Below are positions 14,865-27,400 of a DNA stretch of 32,000 bases, piece by piece; position 1 is the first letter of the stretch; each line of letters opens with the position of its first letter. Under the pieces are notes generated by a model. It saw only the letters and a program-made list of their open reading frames with translations. It did not search any database and was not told where the DNA came from. A program made the position numbers and the translations under genes. This DNA comes from Zygophlyctis sp. KS116 (Eukaryota; Fungi; Chytridiomycota), in the NCBI GenBank assembly GCA_054661495.1, contig BAAFSQ010000090.1, positions 4,063-36,062 of the forward strand, in the 5' to 3' direction.

Positions 14865-17800
14865 ATGACCAACCAATTGCCGCTAATAGACTTATCAGAT
14901 ATACTACTGCCGCATGATGATTTATTAAAAATAAATGATGATATTCTTAAAGATTGTATCGGTAAACTATCTAGTCTCTTGGAAAGAGATGATTTAGATC
15001 AAGAAACTCTTGTAAAGATTAAATATGAAAGAGAATTATATTCCAAATTTACTATAGAAAATTGTATTTTTTATTAATTTTTAAAGAATAATAGCTCATG
15101 CTCTGAAACTTGAAAATGTATTAGCGTCTATTTCTTTGGATGAATGTAATTTTGGAATCGGTCACTCAAATTATGAAACTTATTCTGAAATTGGAAAAGA
15201 GGCAATTGAAATTGTTGGATCGCAAGGTTTAGAGCGTGATTTGTCTCGGATGGAGTCCGAATCTAAAACTAAATCTAATAGTTTTTTACTATCATGCAGA
15301 ATTATGAAAAGTTTGTCTAGTCAAGTATTCAAGGAATTGATTTCAAGGTTTGGATCTCCTACTGTATTAAAGGTTTGTTCAAAGTTTATTATTGTTGGGA
15401 CAATGTCTTGTGCAATTCTTGTTTTTGATTCATGTCAAAAATTGATTGGGATTTTAGATCCGCCGTTAAGTAAAATAACAAGAAATAATTATATAGAATT
15501 TGCTGTAACTGCGCTAGGAATATCTTTCTCTCAAAAACTAATTGTGTCGGGGCATGAGTCTGGACATATCTTTATTTGGGATTTACAAAAGAAATTAGTT
15601 TTAAAAGCTATTCCTTCAATACCATCAGATAGATTTCAAGAGGCTGTAGATGGACATTTGTCTAATAGTTCAATCATTCATTTAACGTTTTTGGGTCAAA
15701 AAGATAGGTTTATCTCTGCTGATGATTCGGTATTCTATTTTAAACAGTAATTAAAAGGGTTCTGCATTTTATCATGAGTTTAATCAATCAATATTGATGT
15801 ATTCAATCAATTCAACTCGTATACATAATCATCCACGTGAAAATTCCATTTTTACTACAATCTATACTGTTAAAGGATTACCAGTGAGGTACAAAAACTC
15901 TGATGGAATGAGAATGGTGGCAATGACGACTCCTTACAAGGTTATAATTCTTTAATGTTAATTTTAGCTTGTTATTATGAATATGAAGCCTTCTCCTTGG
16001 ATAGTTTTTAGATATTATTGGGCTGCAGATGGTCATAATGAAACTAAAACTGTTTCTTGCGCTTGTATATCTTGGATGCCGATAAGTAAAGGTACATTCG
16101 CTTTGTGTTTAATTACAGGTGAGACCAAGATGCCTCAATTGGCCGTGTCATTTGGACCAAGGATTATTATTTTTGATATTTCCTATAATCAAGATGCCAT
16201 CGAGTCAGATTTACAATCTAAAATTTCTATTGGTATCTGTAAAGAATGGTCAATTGACGAAAATATTGTTTATATGGAGTGGATTACTGGAAATGTAAGA
16301 TTATATCTTTTTTATGATTAGTTGTTACTATGTTTAACTAGCCAATCAAAAGTAGTTTTTTCAAGTGTCACACATGGTTTTTTTTTGTAATTTCATTTTT
16401 AGCTCTAAATTATAGAGAGCAGGCTTCTGTTGAAAGTCTATCATTAGCTTCAAGTAATTGTTTCGCGGATATTGCAACCAAGCTGGGTATACGATCAGAG
16501 AAATCAATTCATCAGAGTATTACCTTTTTTAAAGAAAAAGTATTCGTCTTGGTAAATTAAGCTAGAATAAATGTGCCTTAGGGAACGGAACAAGCAGCCA
16601 TGGTTAGTTTAGCTTCTTGGAAGGATCGCTTGAACTTCTGGATGGATCGCGATGATTTTCCACAGGCTTTCAGAATGGCTGAAGCTTTCTATGATGGGAC
16701 AATTACTTTTGCCGTAACAGATATTCCAGAAAATGGTCATGAGAGATCAGAAAAAGTTGGCGCTTTTATTGACGAAATGATGACAAGATTTCTTAATACA
16801 ACTTTAGACCCAGAAAAATTGAAGAAATATGCGCCTGCCGCTGATCTTGTAAATTTGCTGATTGGTATTTCCATAAAGGTTGGAAGAATTGATCTAATTT
16901 TTGGGATAATTTATAATTCTTTTTGTAAATTAGACCTTCTGGATTCATTTGTAAGTATTGACTAAATAACCTGAAGTTTTTTGCTCTTGAATCGCGAATA
17001 TTATACGGAGATGTATTATCTATACAATCACCCTCAATCATGTCTGAATTTATCATTTTCTTTGTCAATCAGCATGCATTTGATAGGCTAGAAGGAGTTC
17101 TAATCAAGCTTGAACTAATGAATTTAGATATTGATTACACTTTGTCAATATGTCGAAGTCATGGACTGTTAATTTCCTTGATCAGGATTTTCAACGTTTG
17201 CTTGAATGAATATGTAGCTCCGATTGATGAAATTATTAACATATGCTTTAAAGAATCCCAGTACATGCCAAAAATTGGAATACTATTTGATTATTTGCAG
17301 TTTTCATTAACTAGGAAGAGCTTTCCTGATGGATCTTTTCTTAATGAAGAAGTAGGTGCTTCTATTGCTAAAGACTGTATATTGCATTTATTTTCTAATC
17401 AATCTCTGGAGATTACGAATGTAGGTGAAGAGAATCAGTTCCCTCTCTTGAAATTATTATTGCATATCAACTGTTATAAACTCCTTGTAATTTTTGAAAT
17501 ATGGTTGGATGATTTTTACCTTGATAATCAGGCCAATATTCATAATATCAATTTACTAAGCCCCAATGGCATTCTGGATAAAAATCTGATAATTACAGCG
17601 TTTCTTTACCTTGGGGAAACAGTGGAAAACGCTCAAGAAGAATCAACAATCAACTTATTTGTTGCAAAGATGATTGTTAAATACTCTTTACATTTCAAGT
17701 TTGAAATCATCAGAAAGCTTGCCTTGGCACTGTCTATATCATCTGACAAGGACTCATTTATATCACGACAGAATGCTGTCATTAGCCTCTTTACATTTTA

Positions 17801-18791
17801 CGAATCGGATTTTATAAATCAAGATCTTGATTCCTACATTGAAGTATACGCAAAAGTTAAATTCTGGAAAGTTTATGAATTTATTGGGAGAAAAATGCGA
17901 AGATTTGATCTGGTTTTATTAGGATTGGTCAATGATGAAACAAGGCGTGATAGTTTCAGAGAATCCCTTATATCACTGATAAACGATCCATTTTTATCTA
18001 TTGAAGAACAAAAAACTCTAAAAGATTCCATTTATTCAAATATTGAAAATATAGTGAACCTCAGTATTGGAATTGGATTTACAATCAGCGAATTCTGGCC
18101 TTTTGATCATTCTCTTGTACTCGATCTATTAAGTCCTAAATCTAAATTACGGTATTTAGATGACTTATTTTCAGACTGTGAAATTAAGAAAGAATCTATC
18201 AATTCATACTTGATTGGACTTTATGACACCTGGTTAATTTTACTCTGTGAATTAGAATCTTTTAGAGTAAAACCAGTCCTTACTCGTGGATTTCCATTTA
18301 CAACCTTGAAAATCTTGAATGCATGTAAATCTAATCATGTATATGATGGTACTTTATTTCTTTTAGAACAAGAAAATCAGTTTTCAGAAGCCTTAATCTA
18401 CTTGAAGAATGAATTAAAGGAGAATGCCAACTCTCTTTTAGTCTCTGAAGCCATTGGATTTTACAAACGTAACAAGAATCAACTTTCCTCGAATGAAATC
18501 CAAGAATTTTACATGTGTATTTTCAATTCGATTACCCCAAATTCTAATTTCAACCTTGAATCACTCTTGGGTATCATGATTGGAGATTTATCATGCTTTA
18601 AAATCCTAATTAAATTGATTAAATCTACTCATCAGTCTGGTCAACTTGTTAAAATTCTAAATTCTCTATTATCTCTATTATCGTATGAATCAGAATCAAC
18701 TCAAAATGTATTAGAAATTCTGGAGGAAGAATCAATGCATGACCTTGAATCTTTAGTAAAGATTCGGCGTAAAGCAAGATTGTACATGTAA
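14865..18791 (+). CDS. VPS8: VPS8, CORVET tethering subunit (beta-propeller + alpha-solenoid), ~1225 aa
   Basis: 9 inferred introns (15064-15094, 15470-15496, 15730-15757, 15941-15967, 16092-16118, 16295-16321, 16377-16402, 16552-16581, 16951-16976). FGSPT...IIVGT..CAILVFD..QKL, TPYKLVI, SWKDRL, LDIDYTLSIC..HGL..LI.IFN....YVAP. The 3' end is uncertain. Confidence 0.85.
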
Positions 18792-18862
18792 CTCATTATA
18801 TATTTTACAAGACCCAATAATTTTATTGAAATTATCATGCGATTTGCAACAGTTACATAAAA

Positions 18863-19168
18863 TCAACAAGAGCCAAGATTTGATTTTGGATCCGGTTTCT
18901 TCTCTTTCATTCCAGGAGGGATCGAATGAGGAATCCTTTCTGGCGAGGGATGCGCAGATCCCACTTCGTTTGATTTCCCTACTTTTGCCAGCGCATAGTC
19001 TCCTGAATCAAAATACTTGCGATCGCCGTCCTAGAATTTAAAAAATTTAAATACCTTTAATCTTGAAGATAGAATCTGTTTAGTCGGAGGTAGTCTACCA
19101 TATTTTGCAAGAAAAGCCTGATCTTCTGGTGATAATTTCTCTGCATTTTCCTTTTTACTAGAATCCAT
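18863..19168 (-). CDS. IGO1: Endosulfine (Igo1/Igo2, ENSA/ARPP19 family) PP2A-B55 inhibitor, 93 aa; absent from the ORF track
   Basis: Intron 19031-19054 (24 nt). Translation contains KYGRLP and the diagnostic RKYFDSGDYAL, then HPSPERIP. Confidence 0.93.
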
Positions 19169-19463
19169 TGTTGGACGGTTTAATAGCGGATCAAAGTCTT
19201 AGGATCGCTGTCGCCCAAAACCTTGGCAGTGTCCAATGACTCAAGAATGGCGCTGGTCGAACATTGGTGGGTCATGCACATTGTCCAAGTAGTGTGTAGG
19301 TGGGACCGGTTCCGGACAAGTGCCACAAGTGCTGATACTGCCATAAGTGCCACAACTGTTGATAAGAGATACCAGACTATTAAACTCTACAATTCAAAAA
19401 GTGTGCTTTGAAATCTCTCCCATGAAAGGATGACGTAGATATAAAAAAAAGTCCGAAGATTGA

Positions 19464-20977
19464 ATGGTAATTTCTCTAAATCTCATATATAGTCTGCAAA
19501 AGGGAAAAAAAGTGGATCTAAATCTTCTCTAAGTGCATCTAAAACTGTTCTCAGTGAAAAAGGAGCTGATGCATTAGAAGCTGAAATTAAGAAATTGACT
19601 CTAGAATTGAATAAAGAAAGAGAAGAAAGGAATTTCTTTCAGTTGGAAAGAGTATTTATTATTATAAGAATAACTGTTAGGATAAGATAGAATCTTTTTG
19701 GAATATTACAAAAAATGAATTATCAAATACAAAAGCTCAATTACTAAATAAAGATCGTGAAATTGAAGAGCATGAAGAGAAGCATCAAGTGGAAATTAAA
19801 GTTTACAAACAAAAAGTTAAACATTTACTCTATGAATATCAAAATAATGTTGCTCATTTACAAGCAGATTCAGAAAATGCAATCTCTTTAAAACAAGAAG
19901 AACATCGAAATTCTGAATTACAATTAAAAAAAGATAAAAGAGCTCTAAAAATTGAATTAAAGGAATTTGAACTCTCTCATCAAGATATAATCAAGAATTT
20001 AATTCAGAAACATGATCAGGAAATAACTAAAATGAGAGCAGATTTTGAAAGAAGAGCTAAAGAACTACATGTTAAATATGATAAGAGAATCAAGGCAGTC
20101 AGAGAGGACTTGGATTTGAAAAGGAAAAATGAAATTCATGAAATTGAAGAACGTAAAAACTCTCAAATTAATGCTTTAATGAAGAATCATGATAAAGCAT
20201 TTACAGAAATTAAAAATTATTATAATGATATTACTCTTAATAATTTGGCATTAATAAATTCACTCAAAGAACAAGTCGAAGAAATGAAGAAAAAGGAAGA
20301 AAGATCAGAAAAAGCAATGATTGATATTACAGCTGAAAACAAGAGACTCTCAGAACCATTACAAATTGCATTATCAGAATGTGAATCTCTTAAAAGAGAA
20401 TTAACACATTATAAAAAAGATAAAGCAAGTTTACAAAATACAAAAGCGAGATTAAAAGTTTTAGAAGAAAAACATAAAGAACTCTTATGGGAACATGAAG
20501 TTTCTGATCAAAGATTTCAAAAAGTTGAAAGAGAAAGAGATGAATTATATGAAAAATTTGTTGATAGAGTCATTGGAGTTCAACAAAAAACAGGATTCAA
20601 GAATTCTATTTTAGAAAAAAAAGTAGAATTACTTTTAGAATCTTTAGAAAAAAAGGAAATTCAAATCTCTGAAGTATTAAAAGCCACCAACCTTGATCCC
20701 TCTGCTATTTCATCTTTAACAAGGAGATTAGAAGAAGTCTTGAATGTCAAGAACCAACAAATCAAAGAGTTACAGTATGATTTATCAAAAGTAACAAAGG
20801 TATTTTTAATATTATTTATTCTAGGCACATAATGACATGATTCGTGTTTATGAAGCTAAACTTACAGAATTTTCTATTCCAGTTGAAGAATTAGGATTCA
20901 AACCATTGTTCATCTCTTCTAAAAATATAGCAGCTCCAAAGAATCCATCTGGGTTTGTAGCAGCTCCAGTGACATGA
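19464..20977 (+). CDS. GAS8: GAS8/DRC4 nexin-dynein regulatory complex subunit, ~477 aa
   Basis: Introns 19467-19492 (directly after ATG), 19652-19680, 20800-20824. EREERNFFQLERDKI, EIKVYKQKVKHLLYE, EIHEIEERKN, IKNYYNDITLNNLALINSLK, IPVEELGFKP. Confidence 0.96.
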
Positions 20978-21053
20978 TTATTTTCTCTTTTAATCTTAGT
21001 TTAATAAAAGCGATTTATAGACTAATAAACAGTTAAAAAACATTTCAATTTCC

Positions 21054-22078
21054 ATGTCCAGAAAAGATGAAGACGCTTTTACTGAGCCTGCATTCATTCC
21101 TAGATCTGTTGCACCACAGAAATTCTCAAGTCCTGGAGAATATTTGGATTTTCTAAAGCAAAATGAATTAATAACTTTTGAAAATGATTCCACTCTACAA
21201 AATTCAACAGAGAGTGAAATTGGGAAAATGATATTCAAGACTACTCAACAGTCTTGTCATAAAACAGTTGATTTGGATGAATTGAATCGTAATTTCTATT
21301 TTTGGGATTTCTCTGGAAAAACGTTGGATTCTGTCTCTAATTTCCCAAAACTTTATACTAGATCTAAAGTCTCAATCTCTGATTTCTCTCGTAAAATACC
21401 CAGTAATGATCATTCTTTTGCTTTACAACTGATAATGTCTAGAGACAGACTTGAATCTATTCATGAAAAGACTAAATCATCCACAAAAACACTATTAATG
21501 ACTACGACAGAAATTGAACATGATGAAGAAGAGTAATTTTAGTTTTTTTAAATTACTATAGTATATTTGCAGATGCTGGAAGAGATTATGTCGTGACTGT
21601 TGATGAATCTTATCAGTATTCAAATTTACAAGATTCTATAGACTTTCAAGATTCTATTCAAGATTTAGAACCGATTAATATGGATAATATAGTTAATATA
21701 GATATTTTAAAGAATTCAGCTGCAGATATTGTAGATACTGATATGATGGATTTGGATTTGGATGAAATAGAATTTAGTAATTTTCAAGACTCGAGTATAC
21801 AGCCTACAAAGAAACTTAAATTAAGATCAGATTTTGAGTCTGAAGAAGCATGGAACTCTTATAGTGAAACTCAGTCTCTTTTACTATCAAGTAGCCGTGT
21901 CTCTTTTCAAGATTCTAAACCAAGGGGGAGAGGTCGTGGTGGGTCTCAGCGTGGTTCTAATCGTGGTTCTAATCGTGGTTCTCAGCGTGGGTCTACAAGA
22001 GGAAAAGGAAAATTAGACAAGGAATTAGATGCAGTTGGAAAGGTTTATCAGGAAAAGTATGGATCTTCTCTAAAATAA
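21054..22078 (+). CDS. Divergent RED/IK-like spliceosomal B-complex protein, ~331 aa
   Basis: Intron 21533-21561 joins two ORFs, giving DEEDIFADAGRDYV. FPKLYTRSK, DFESEEAWNSY and KLDKELDAV resemble RED_N/RED_C motifs (IPTTLIRSK, DFDTQEEYSEY, LDRQW). Assigned from remembered motifs only. Confidence 0.6.
21941..22000 (+). repeat. 12-nt coding tandem repeat x5 (GSQR-GSNR-GSNR-GSQR-GSTR)
   Basis: gggtctcagcgt ggttctaatcgt ggttctaatcgt ggttctcagcgt gggtctacaaga. Confidence 0.9.
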
Positions 22079-22118
22079 AACTATTGGTTTGTATAATGAG
22101 GTGTAGGAAAGGATAAAA

Positions 22119-22930
22119 ATGAAAAACCTGTTAAAGCGATCGATTCTAATGAGATCGCCATATGATCTTTTAAAGAATATAGATCATAAGATCAAGGCAG
22201 GAAGACTTTCAGGTAGACCGCCCTGGTACGATGCAATGAAATTGGTTCCAATGGCTCCAATGCCAAGTGCATATGAAGATACTGTGAAATCAGGTGCTTT
22301 TGGTGGAATAGATTCGTCAATTGAGAAAACACAACTTTATTACTCTACGAATCAAACTAGGAAAATTCAAAAAAGGAAAAATGTGTCAGTTATGCCAATC
22401 AAGATGTGCAGGGAAATTGAATTTCCAGAGGATTTAATCCGTGCTAAATTCTATGAAAGTCATCCATTTGAATTAAATAGACCAAGATCGCTGATTGATA
22501 GTGATTACGCATTGTTACATAGAGATTGGTGTTCTATTTATGGAGGGAATATACCGGCACAAGTGACTGGTGAAAGGTTGGTTTTAAATTTTTAAGTGCT
22601 AGTGTGGTTCAGTATACCTTATATTTGATGTCTGAAAAGGGTGGTGCGTTAAGTGAGACAGAGGCTTACAAAATTGCACTTGATGAGTTTTACAGGGTGA
22701 GAAAAGAAGAAGAAATTAGAGAGAGAGAAGAAACATTATTAAAAACTAAAACAGCAAAAACAAAGGTTACTCAAACACCAACCGCTCCGTCAATAATGCA
22801 GGGTGCGATTGAATCTTTAGAGGCTATGGATTTAAATAGTACAAAGCCTAAATCTGAAAGTATAATTAAAATTGAACAAATTGAAATTGAAGATGGACAA
22901 GTATTTGCTCAAATTCAAACAGAAGCGTAA
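22119..22930 (+). CDS. RSM25: Mitochondrial ribosomal small subunit protein mS23 (Rsm25), ~261 aa
   Basis: Intron 22577-22602. PPWYDAM, FPEDLIRAKFYESHPFELNRPRSL, GESVVQYTLYLM, EAY.IALDEFYRVR. Confidence 0.88.
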
Positions 22931-23024
22931 GATTTATATAGTTTTTAATCAAAAGTTTGGAAACTAAAAGAGCTGCATATAAGAAATTGGCAGCGTTTGA
23001 ACATCAGCAGACTATGGCCAAGGG

Positions 23025-24222
23025 TTAATTCTTCTTTCCAATGGGTTTCATAGTATTTTCTGCTAAAATTTCAGCGTCCTCTCGTTCTTGATTGGCTTTG
23101 ATCTCTTCTAATTTCTTTTGAATCATTTCATGAAGTCCAAGAGAGGTTTGAACTGTTTCTTTTTCGGATTTTTCAGTATTATGAGATTTCATTTGTCCTT
23201 CCCATTGATTTGGTCTAATATACCACTGCCCATATTTCGGACGTATCTTTTTCTCGCTTTTTGAATGATAACTAAAGCCAGGGATTGATTTGGTTGATTT
23301 TTCTTGAGATCCATTTCCGTTTTCTATACTTACTCCCAGAGTTTTTTGTAGATTTTTTACAAGTAAATCAGGTGGTGCCACTTCCTGAACCACGTTTAGT
23401 CTGATTGGTGGTTTTGAATCAAATAAGGAAGGTTTACATGCGTTAAGCAAAACATCTAATGCTCCTATATCTACAGTCTCATGTAAAGGAACAGATGTGA
23501 CACGATCAGGATCAGGATTATTTGGATCCAAATCTTCAATGAGAACTTCTGGTTTATCCAGCACATTCGTGGCCCAATTTTGCAATTCTTGAGTTGTCAT
23601 TAGCATTTCTTCTAGTGAAACTTGCTCAATAGCTTTCTTGGTTGATTCTTTTTTAGATTTGACCACTTTTACTTCAATCATTGTAGAGTATCGTTCAAAT
23701 TGACTTTTCTCTGTTCTTTCTTCATCTTCGTTTGCAATAAAAGAGCTGCTACTATTGACTGAAATATCATTTTTAGCAATCACTTCCTTTTGATCTATTG
23801 GAAAAGGAATATTGCAGTCTAAATCTAAAATTTCCTTTTCGGACAAGACTGAATCTAATCTTTCATCAAACCGGGTTGAATTATTTAAAACCTTTTCAAG
23901 ATTTCTTAGTATTTTCGAATTCTCAATAGTTGTTTTTTCCACAATTTCTTTTTGTAATTGAGAGAGTCCTGCATACTTTTTCTATTTTATGATCATAAAT
24001 ATCTTACCGAGTCATGTATAATTTCAGACTCTAATGCTTCAATTGTCTTGAGATTATTTTTTCTTCTTTCCTGTCTGCATTGAATTGTATCATAGGGATT
24101 TTTAAACTCTTCTACTCTTCTTAAAGCTGATATATTCAATCTGTTTTCTTATAATAGTAAAATTACCCCTTGGATTTGATCTTTCTTAGAGTCCAAGATG
24201 TTGGATGTGAAGAATCGGCCAT
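23025..24222 (-). CDS. Hypothetical protein, ~381 aa, charged and probably largely disordered
   Basis: Introns 24141-24166 and 23982-24007 link ATG 24222 to the 305-aa ORF in frame. No family recognised. Confidence 0.7.
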
Positions 24223-24428
24223 ATAAAACAATGTGATAGGTAGACGTGCAAATACGTCATTTTGCATCTACAAATTTAGACAATGTTTTGATAATGACTT
24301 GGACATGTGCCGGATCTTAAAGCTTTAAATGTGCAAGTTTTACAATCGGGAAAACTGAAAGAAATTTGTCCGAATATTTTGACAATAATCGCCTAGCTCA
24401 AAGCCTAACTAAACGTCTGAAGCCATAA

Positions 24429-27400
24429 ATGAACTTTGAGCAACTCAAGCAAAGTCTATTGTCTTCTCAGTCGGACTCTGAAAGAGTAGAAGTCAATCAG
24501 AGACATTTAATTGACAAGATTCTTGCGAGATACTCTGCAGAGCATACGATTTACAGAGAAGTAATTTGAATTTTTAATGTCAAGTTGTTACAAAATTCCA
24601 ACGATGCACATGCTTCGAAAGTGACAATCAGCTTTATTACCAATGATAAGAAAATAATTTCACTTTCCTGTAAATTTGTAGACTGTAATTCTAGATCAGA
24701 ATAATGGAAAACCATTCTCAGCAACTGATTTCACCCGCTTAACAAATATTGCTCAGGGGAATCCGGACGAACAGAAAATCGGGTTTTTTGGTGTTGGATT
24801 TTACTCACTCTTCTCAATATGTGAAGAACCGTTCGTGACTTCAGGGTAATTTAGCGGTTTGAATTCTTTTAGTTGTCATACGTTGGGGTTCTTTTGGAAA
24901 GGAGATTCACTATTCACAAAAAAAGGAACAGTTCCTCAGGGCCAAGAAACGGAATTGACTACATTTTGGTTAAAATGTAGAGAACCATTGGAAATGCCAA
25001 AGTCTAGTGATTTCGCTAGATTTTTAGCTACATCATTGGCATTTACAACTCATATAAAGGAAGTGGAAGTTTTTGTTGATAATAATAGGACTCAATACTT
25101 TCTAAAAAAGGTTTCAGTACCAAGACCTCTGTCATTTCCGAGTGGAGATTTTATTTTAAACTCACAAAGCTCTATATTTAAACTTCAGACTGTAGAAATT
25201 CAAAATATTCAATTGGATGTTTATCTTAAAGAAGAAAAATCATCTTTTTTAGGTCCCGTAAAGGTGGTTGAAACAGAATCTAGTTTATTTACAAGAATAG
25301 CTTTCGGAAATCTTGATGTTAATGTTTCCAAAAATATGGAAAAGGAAATGGAAAGAACTACCAAAAAGAAGCCACCAAAGACTGTTAAACTACAAATAAT
25401 ATATTCAAATTATGATGAATATACAAGCTCAGATTTAGTAAAAGAGAAAACAGATATATTTTTGGATATTCTGCCGGGACCAAATTCTCAGGGGCGTATT
25501 TTTATAGGTTTTCCTACCTTTCAGACGACAGGTTGTTCAATTCTGTTATCTACCCATTTAATACCAACAGTTGAACGTGAAAGTATTGATTTTGTTGATA
25601 AAACTCTTAATGTCTGGAATCAAGAGCTTTTGTCTATGGGTGGATTATTGGCTCGGATAGTTGCCGAAGATGATTTGGATTCAACTGCAAAACTTTATAG
25701 TGAAATGAAATTAGACGCAACTGGTGAAGAGTGGCTTCAAAAAAAGGGGAATCATAATTTACTCTCTTTTACATTTCATAATTCGACTCCATCACCAATT
25801 GTCAGCAGGATTATATCAGTCTCTTTTTACAAGCTGTCTTCAAAGCCGATTCGTATAGTATCGACAAAGGGTATACTTCCAGTTTCGTCTGTAAGATTAA
25901 ACGATCCTGAATTATCTGAATTTTTCAAGTCAATTCCAATTGTTCCTCTTTTAACAGAATCATGCTGTAAAGAACTTATCAAACGGCTTACTGATAATGG
26001 AAGTTTACGAAAAGTTGATCTAGAGGACTTATTTGAAGAGCTGTCGAAGCGTCCTTTGACCTCTGCCGAAACAGTTTCGATTTTTCAATATTGGATCAGC
26101 AAATGGAGGCAACAGAAAATTAGCCGTAGCCTTTCAGATCGGTTACGCTCAGTTTTGGTGATTGCTGAAAATGATACATTGATTCTCATGGCTCCTGTAA
26201 AATATTTTGCTTTGCCTCAGCTTGTTCCTTCCGACTTGCCTCTTCCGGAAACGGTTTTACCGTTAACAATCACTAAATATTTTATTAAACCTGAACTAGA
26301 ACAGGCTTTATGGTAAGTATAGTCTTATTAATGGGAAGGGGACTTACGGAATATACCATATTGAATTGGCTGGATTTCATCACCAAAGAAAATCGATTTG
26401 GGCTAGATCCTAGCTTTACTGAAAAAATCATGGGAGTTTGTAGTAGACATTACGGTTCCCTTTCGCAGCAGGATAAGCTTTCAATGACCGCACTTTTATC
26501 AAAAATGAGCTGTATAGTTACACGCCTAGGAATGAAAATTCCTTCTCATAGTTATTTTAATTCAGTTAGTCTTTTCGATGACTTACCAACTGTTCATTGG
26601 ACAAATCCAAAATCTATTTCAGATTTATTTCAAAAGGCGATTGGAGTTCGTGATCACGTAGAATTGCAGCTTGTATTTGATAGGCTTTTAGACTTAAACT
26701 GGAATCATACACAGCTTATTAAATATTTAACTTCTGTGCAAGATAAATTAACCACTATGGAATTCGCCAGACTTCAAGCAACGCCAATGTTTCCTAAAGA
26801 AGTGTATGGTGAAACCCCGTCATCTAAAAAGGAGAGATTTCAGGCAAAAGATTTATTTGCTCCAATCGATTCTTTCAGGTCCTTTGACCTTCCATTACTG
26901 GCATGGGATGGTAAATGGCGATATAATTCAAATGAAGGTAAAATTTACTGTCTGTCTAATATATAAGCAAAGTTTATGGAGACTTTGGGCCTCAATTTAT
27001 CACTTCCATTGGACATTTTCTTCAAATTGGCGGCAAATTCTCCCGCTAAAATCCGCATGGGAGTCCTTAAATATTTTATTGATAATTATGAAAGCTACTA
27101 CTCTTCAAAATATCGCCCAAATGAAGCGAACGTTCCATTTCTACCGATTTTAAACGATGAAAATATTCTTTCTACTCCATTACTTTGTTATTCAGAAGAT
27201 GGATCTAAAGTCCTAGGCTTCAAAATTCTTCATCGAGATTTAAAACAGCATTTCCAAAAATTTGGGGTCCGAAACCATCCGCCAAATACAGAGCTGCTTC
27301 AAGCTTTGGGAGCCAATCCACCTACATTAGAAAACGCACAGTCGGTTTTTAACTATCTACTGTCACGACAGCATGGTATGTAAAATAAACTGATGGTAGA

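Noticed and set aside
18826-19041. 71-aa plus ORF as a possible last VPS8 exon
   Set aside because: It is antisense to the endosulfine gene and has no RING pattern.
19500-20800. Very A-rich composition of GAS8 as a sign of foreign origin
   Set aside because: Explained by Lys/Glu-rich coiled-coil codons, and the gene has host-type tiny introns.
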